From positions 51,532-83,531 of the forward strand of contig ACYB01000016.1 of NCBI GenBank assembly GCA_000175855.1: DNA of 32,000 nucleotides, read 5' to 3'. Both the position numbers and the translations under genes were made by a program. The notes beneath the pieces were generated by a model. The model was not told the origin of the DNA. It made no database searches and saw only the letters and a list, made by a program, of their open reading frames with translations. Origin of the DNA: Raphidiopsis brookii D9. Lineage in GTDB: Bacteria > Cyanobacteriota > Cyanobacteriia > Cyanobacteriales > Nostocaceae. Numbering within the stretch: the stretch's first letter is position 1; each line of letters opens with the position of its first letter. Below are positions 28,001 to 32,000 of this stretch, one piece after another.

Positions 28001-29032
28001 TCAATGGGGGACAATAGCCACCTTAATTGCCAGGCGTGATTTCATATCATTAAGGGCCTGTTCCAAATCTTCTAGGGAAGCTTGGTTACTAATTAATAAC
28101 TCAAAAGCAATTCTCCGACTTTGTATAAGAGAGAGAGAATCCCTGACGTATTTGGGAGTATTGTGAAAAACACCTTTTACAGTTAATTCATCATAATGAA
28201 GCTGTTCAGTATTGATATTAATCCTAGTGTTTTTAGGACAACCACCAAATAAATTAACAGTTCCACCGGGACGGGAACAGGAAATAGCAGTTTCCCACAC
28301 ACTGGGAACACCAGTAGCTTCTATGACCACATCCGCGCCCCATCCATCCGTCAGTTCCCTGACCGTGGTGGGAATATCCGTGACCTGATGATAATTAAAA
28401 ATCTGGGATGCTCCCAATTGTTGACCAATCTGTAGACGATGATTATTACCACCCCACAGAAATACCTGGGCTTGCAATTCCCGAGCCAAAACCCCTACAA
28501 ACATCAATCCAATAGCTCCATCACCCAAAACAACCACTCGGTCATGGGGTTTAATATGGGAGCGAGCTAATCCATGGAGGACACAGGCTAAAGGTTCAGT
28601 CATAGAAGCTAGGTCCAAGGGTAATCCCACTGGGACTCGCAGCATATTGTACTGAACAATGGGAGCGGGTATTTTCAGATATTGGGCAAAAGTGCCATTG
28701 TTCCAGGTCAGATTTGGACAAAGGGAGTATTCTTGTCGTTGACAAAAGAAACACTTCATGCAGGGAGCGGAGTTATTGGCCACCACCAGCTCTCCTAAAT
28801 GCCAATTATCCACACCAGATCCAATAGCGACAATGGTACCCACCACCTCATGTCCAAATAAGGTGGGAGGTGTCAACATTCGCGGATGCCCGCCACGTCG
28901 CCACACTTTTAGATCTGTACCACAAGTAGTGGCAGTCTCCACCTTAATCACCACTTCTCCCAAGGTGGGAGTTGGTTCTGGTATGTCCTCTAATCTTACG
29001 TCTTCCTTTCCGTAAAGTAAAGCTGCTAACAA
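28001..29032 (-). CDS. Zinc-dependent medium-chain alcohol dehydrogenase family protein
   Basis: TTCGTDLKVWRRGGHP, GHEVVGTIVAIGSGV, Cys cluster CMKCFFCQRQEYSLC, VVLGDGAIGLMFVG, ADVVIEATG. Confidence 0.88.
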   Translation of the reverse strand: MLAALLYGKEDVRLEDIPEPTPTLGEVVIKVETATTCGTDLKVWRRGGHPRMLTPPTLFGHEVVGTIVAIGSGVDNWHLGELVVANNSAPCMKCFFCQRQEYSLCPNLTWNNGTFAQYLKIPAPIVQYNMLRVPVGLPLDLASMTEPLACVLHGLARSHIKPHDRVVVLGDGAIGLMFVGVLARELQAQVFLWGGNNHRLQIGQQLGASQIFNYHQVTDIPTTVRELTDGWGADVVIEATGVPSVWETAISCSRPGGTVNLFGGCPKNTRININTEQLHYDELTVKGVFHNTPKYVRDSLSLIQSRRIAFELLISNQASLEDLEQALNDMKSRLAIKVAIVPH

Positions 29033-30180
29033 GTTCTCTCACCCAAGCTAATCACCGTGTTTTGTCCTCCAAACCCAAAGCTACAGCATAGAACATGTTC
29101 CACCCGACTTTTTCTTGCTGCTGTCACCAAATTTAAGTTCATTTCCTTGTGCCTTAGTCCCACATTAGGAGGTAATATTTGATTTTTGATGGCCATCAGG
29201 GAAAAAGCTACACCCAATGACCCTGATGCTCCTAAGGTGTGACCGGTAGCACCTTTGGTGGAACTAATGGCTACCTGGGTAGGAAATAACTCCTGTATGA
29301 TTTTACCCTCTATTTGATCATTTATCTTGGTGGCTGTACCATGGGCATGAATATATTCTATATCTACTCCAGTCAAATTACTACGTTCTAAACATTGCTT
29401 GATGGCTAACATCCCACTTTTAGCTTGTGGTTCTGGTCTGCTACCATGAAAAGCATCTGCTGTCAAGCCAAAACCTAGGATTTCTCCGTAAATATTTTCT
29501 GGGGTTAACTGACGCTGTTCTATTGACTCTTGAGATTCCAAGACAAACACTGCTCCCCCCTCACCCAAAACTAAACCCTCTCGATTAACATCAAAGGGAT
29601 AAGCACCTGTCTTAGCCAAAGCTCCCATTTGCTGAAATCCACAAATAGTCAAAGGTGTAATTGGAGACTCAACAGCACCGGCGATCGCCTGATGACATTG
29701 ACCATTTTGAATCAACATTACAGCTTGAGCGATCGCCCAAATACCGGTAGAGCAGGCTGCCATGGGGGCTAAAACAGTTCCCACACAAGAAATTTGTCTA
29801 GCAACTGTGATAGCATTCATCACTGGCAAACTATCCAACCAATGTTCCAGATTTGAGCATGGGGGAGTGCCATCTATATGTTGTGCCAACTTTTCCCAAG
29901 ATGCTTGGTAACTGCGACTAGAACCGATAACCACCGCACAATCAGGTAATGGGGGGGACAACTTAGCATCCTTCAGAGCCTGATCTACAACTTGGGGAGT
30001 CAAAATATTCAAGGATAGTGGTTGGTGATGGATTAAACCCAAGGGAACAGGTGGCAATTCTGGGAATAGCTGGTACAATTTAATGCCACTCTTACCCAAA
30101 AGTAAATTCTGCCAGCTTTCTTGTAAACTCATACCCAGAGAGGAAACTAAACCAATACCAGTAACAAAAACCCTAAGCAA
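29026..30180 (-). CDS. Beta-ketoacyl-ACP synthase (KAS II-like)
   Basis: VFVTGIGLVSSLG, active-site AACSTGIWAIAQAV, HAHGTATKINDQIE, STKGATGHTLGASG; overlaps the ADH gene by 7 nt. Confidence 0.9.
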   Translation of the reverse strand: MLRVFVTGIGLVSSLGMSLQESWQNLLLGKSGIKLYQLFPELPPVPLGLIHHQPLSLNILTPQVVDQALKDAKLSPPLPDCAVVIGSSRSYQASWEKLAQHIDGTPPCSNLEHWLDSLPVMNAITVARQISCVGTVLAPMAACSTGIWAIAQAVMLIQNGQCHQAIAGAVESPITPLTICGFQQMGALAKTGAYPFDVNREGLVLGEGGAVFVLESQESIEQRQLTPENIYGEILGFGLTADAFHGSRPEPQAKSGMLAIKQCLERSNLTGVDIEYIHAHGTATKINDQIEGKIIQELFPTQVAISSTKGATGHTLGASGSLGVAFSLMAIKNQILPPNVGLRHKEMNLNLVTAARKSRVEHVLCCSFGFGGQNTVISLGERTC

Positions 30181-30196
30181 TTTGAGATATTAATAA

Positions 30197-30904
30197 CTAC
30201 TGTGGAAGTTTTAAATTTGCCAATCCCTTCGTAACCTGAGCCTGGTCAATTCTATCACCCTGCTGAATTTGATTAACCACCTCAATGCCATCAGTGACAT
30301 AACCAAAAACTGCATAGGCACCATCTAAAAATCCTAAATCAGCTAAAGCAAAGTAAAATTGAGATGAGGCAGAATTAGGAGTTTGAGACCTAGCCATAGC
30401 TATAGCGCCTAGTTTATGGGTCAAAACAGGTTTTTCGGAAATTGTTTTGCCGTAGACTGGCTCTTTTTCGCCTCGGGGCTTAATTTCTAGAGGAATGAGA
30501 CGTTCAATGTTCAGTTGTGGATCCATATACCCACCAGTTCCCAATCTAGCTGGGGGAAAGTTGGGATCTTTGCTTTGAGGATCACCACCTTGAACCACAA
30601 AGGGTTGGGGGTCACGCACAACGCGATGAAACATTAGTCCATTGTAAACACCCTTTTGAACCAGGTCTAGGAAATTCCCAGCAGTAATAGGGGCGTTATC
30701 ACCATCTACTTCAATAGTAATAGGTGAACCCTTAACCGTCATTACCACAGTGGCCTTACCCACCAACCGAGGCAAATTTGTATAGTTTGGGGAAGCACTA
30801 GAAGCTATTTGACTGGGGGAACAACCCGTAAATAAGACACTGCTAACTATCAGTGCTAACCACAGAAACCTGAAAGATTTAAATCGGGGGATTTGAAAGT
30901 GCAT
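30197..30904 (-). CDS. Cyclophilin-type peptidylprolyl isomerase, probable lipoprotein
   Basis: Lipobox-like LFTGCSPS; [24 protein letters not shown]...; [35 protein letters not shown]. Confidence 0.92.
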   Translation of the reverse strand: MHFQIPRFKSFRFLWLALIVSSVLFTGCSPSQIASSASPNYTNLPRLVGKATVVMTVKGSPITIEVDGDNAPITAGNFLDLVQKGVYNGLMFHRVVRDPQPFVVQGGDPQSKDPNFPPARLGTGGYMDPQLNIERLIPLEIKPRGEKEPVYGKTISEKPVLTHKLGAIAMARSQTPNSASSQFYFALADLGFLDGAYAVFGYVTDGIEVVNQIQQGDRIDQAQVTKGLANLKLPQ

Positions 30905-30944
30905 TGACTGTATACTAACTCAACTATAATATTAGGACGAATAT

Positions 30945-31514
30945 TTAGAGTCCTTCTAAGGGAACGCCGAGAAACCTAGCCAATTGGGCCCCTTGAGTTT
31001 CCAGCTCTGATAAGGATAGGGGTTGACCAACACGAGTTAAGGGAATATCCCTTCTCCCCTTGACCTTGAGATAAAGTGCCCGTTGAGGATTGAGACCTTC
31101 TTTAATAGAAATGCGGACAGACTGTATATCCCCTATAGAGCTTTCAATGGCAATTTGGCGGTCTTTACCAGGAAACCCCCAACGAAAGATTTTGAACTTA
31201 CCAGTTTCCTGATTAAATTCATTATAACCACCACCTACATCCCACAAAATTACTAGCCATAAATATAAGGCTAAAAGCATACCCGCTATTCCATATATTC
31301 CCATCACTAGTCCTTGAGGTACAAATATTAGCTCAGTTGCATCAGTGACAATTAGTAGATTAACTTTTAAATAGCTAGAAATGCTGGCTAATGAAAAGCC
31401 GGATGCTCCTAAAGTAACAATAGTTGCCCAGGAGTAATTACTCAATCGTCGGGAACCGAGAACCTTTTGATGTAGGGAAATTTCACCTTTGTCAGTCACT
31501 GTTGATGATGTCAT
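30945..31514 (-). CDS. ycf4: Photosystem I assembly protein Ycf4
   Basis: VLGSRRLSNYSWATIVTLGASGFSLASISSYLKVNLL...LIFVPQGLVMGIYGIAGMLLALYLWLVILWDVGGGYNEFN. Confidence 0.95.
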   Translation of the reverse strand: MTSSTVTDKGEISLHQKVLGSRRLSNYSWATIVTLGASGFSLASISSYLKVNLLIVTDATELIFVPQGLVMGIYGIAGMLLALYLWLVILWDVGGGYNEFNQETGKFKIFRWGFPGKDRQIAIESSIGDIQSVRISIKEGLNPQRALYLKVKGRRDIPLTRVGQPLSLSELETQGAQLARFLGVPLEGL

Positions 31515-31900
31515 TTGAAATACATAAATCTAGTTGCTTACGTAGGTGCTCAGTTTCCAGAACTCACCAAAACAACATTTTAACACAACGGCTGACAATA
31601 ATTATCTATGTCCCACCTATTGCTCCAATATCAAAAACAAAATTTTCAACCCAAAATTTTCCATAATGTGATAAGTTAAGAATCATTAAGTTGCCATCAC
31701 CTAAATAACCAGGTAGTGGCAACAGTCGTGGCATAATTTATGAGAAACACCCAAATTGAATGGTTCAATCTCATAATTCCTACCGTATACTGGTAGAGTC
31801 AAGACTCTAAAAAAACGTTTAATTCACCATGCTGAGGAAATAACCGTTCCTACAGCATCCTTAAAAACGTCGCAATTTTAGTAAACAAGAGGATTTTTCC

Positions 31901-32000
31901 ATGACCATTGCAGTTGGACGTGCCCCCTCGAGAGGGTGGTTTGACGTACTAGACGACTGGTTGAAACGCGATCGCTTCGTATTTGTAGGTTGGTCAGGAG
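31901..32000 (+). CDS. psbD: Photosystem II D2 protein, N-terminus (truncated by window end)
   Basis: [33 protein letters not shown]. Confidence 0.95.
   Translation, partial: MTIAVGRAPSRGWFDVLDDWLKRDRFVFVGWSG

Overview
The window is chromosome from a filamentous (Nostocales-like) cyanobacterium. Left to right it carries: ccmK3-ccmK4 and a HetZ-like gene. A multi-gene double-glycine (GG) leader peptide locus follows (about 2.66-4.88 kb), then a peptidase-C39 ABC exporter (5.2-7.3 kb), a HlyD-type adaptor interrupted by a frameshift at an A7 tract, a degenerate kinase-like ORF, and a LuxR/NarL-type response regulator with a histidine kinase. The remainder looks like conserved housekeeping: rnz, a Ser/Thr kinase, gnd, a Ycf66-family gene, secE-nusG-rplK-rplA-rplJ-rplL, tRNA-Trp, rplS, an RND efflux pair, a CpcS/CpeS-type lyase, an RRM protein, an alcohol dehydrogenase plus ketoacyl synthase pair, a PPIase, ycf4 and the start of psbD. 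The most interesting region is the peptide locus. I read five precursor genes that share an exactly 24-aa leader ending in GG; two of them are absent from the supplied ORF track because they are short. Two encode identical peptides within a 443-bp near-perfect tandem duplication, one has a (Pro-Thr-Pro)5 linker inserted directly after the GG site, and a conserved DNA element lies about 114-123 nt upstream of every start codon. C39-exporter/HlyD-linked bacteriocin-like clusters are a known class in cyanobacteria, so novelty would lie in the core sequence, locus architecture and linked regulators. Product names come from motif recognition only; no searches were run.
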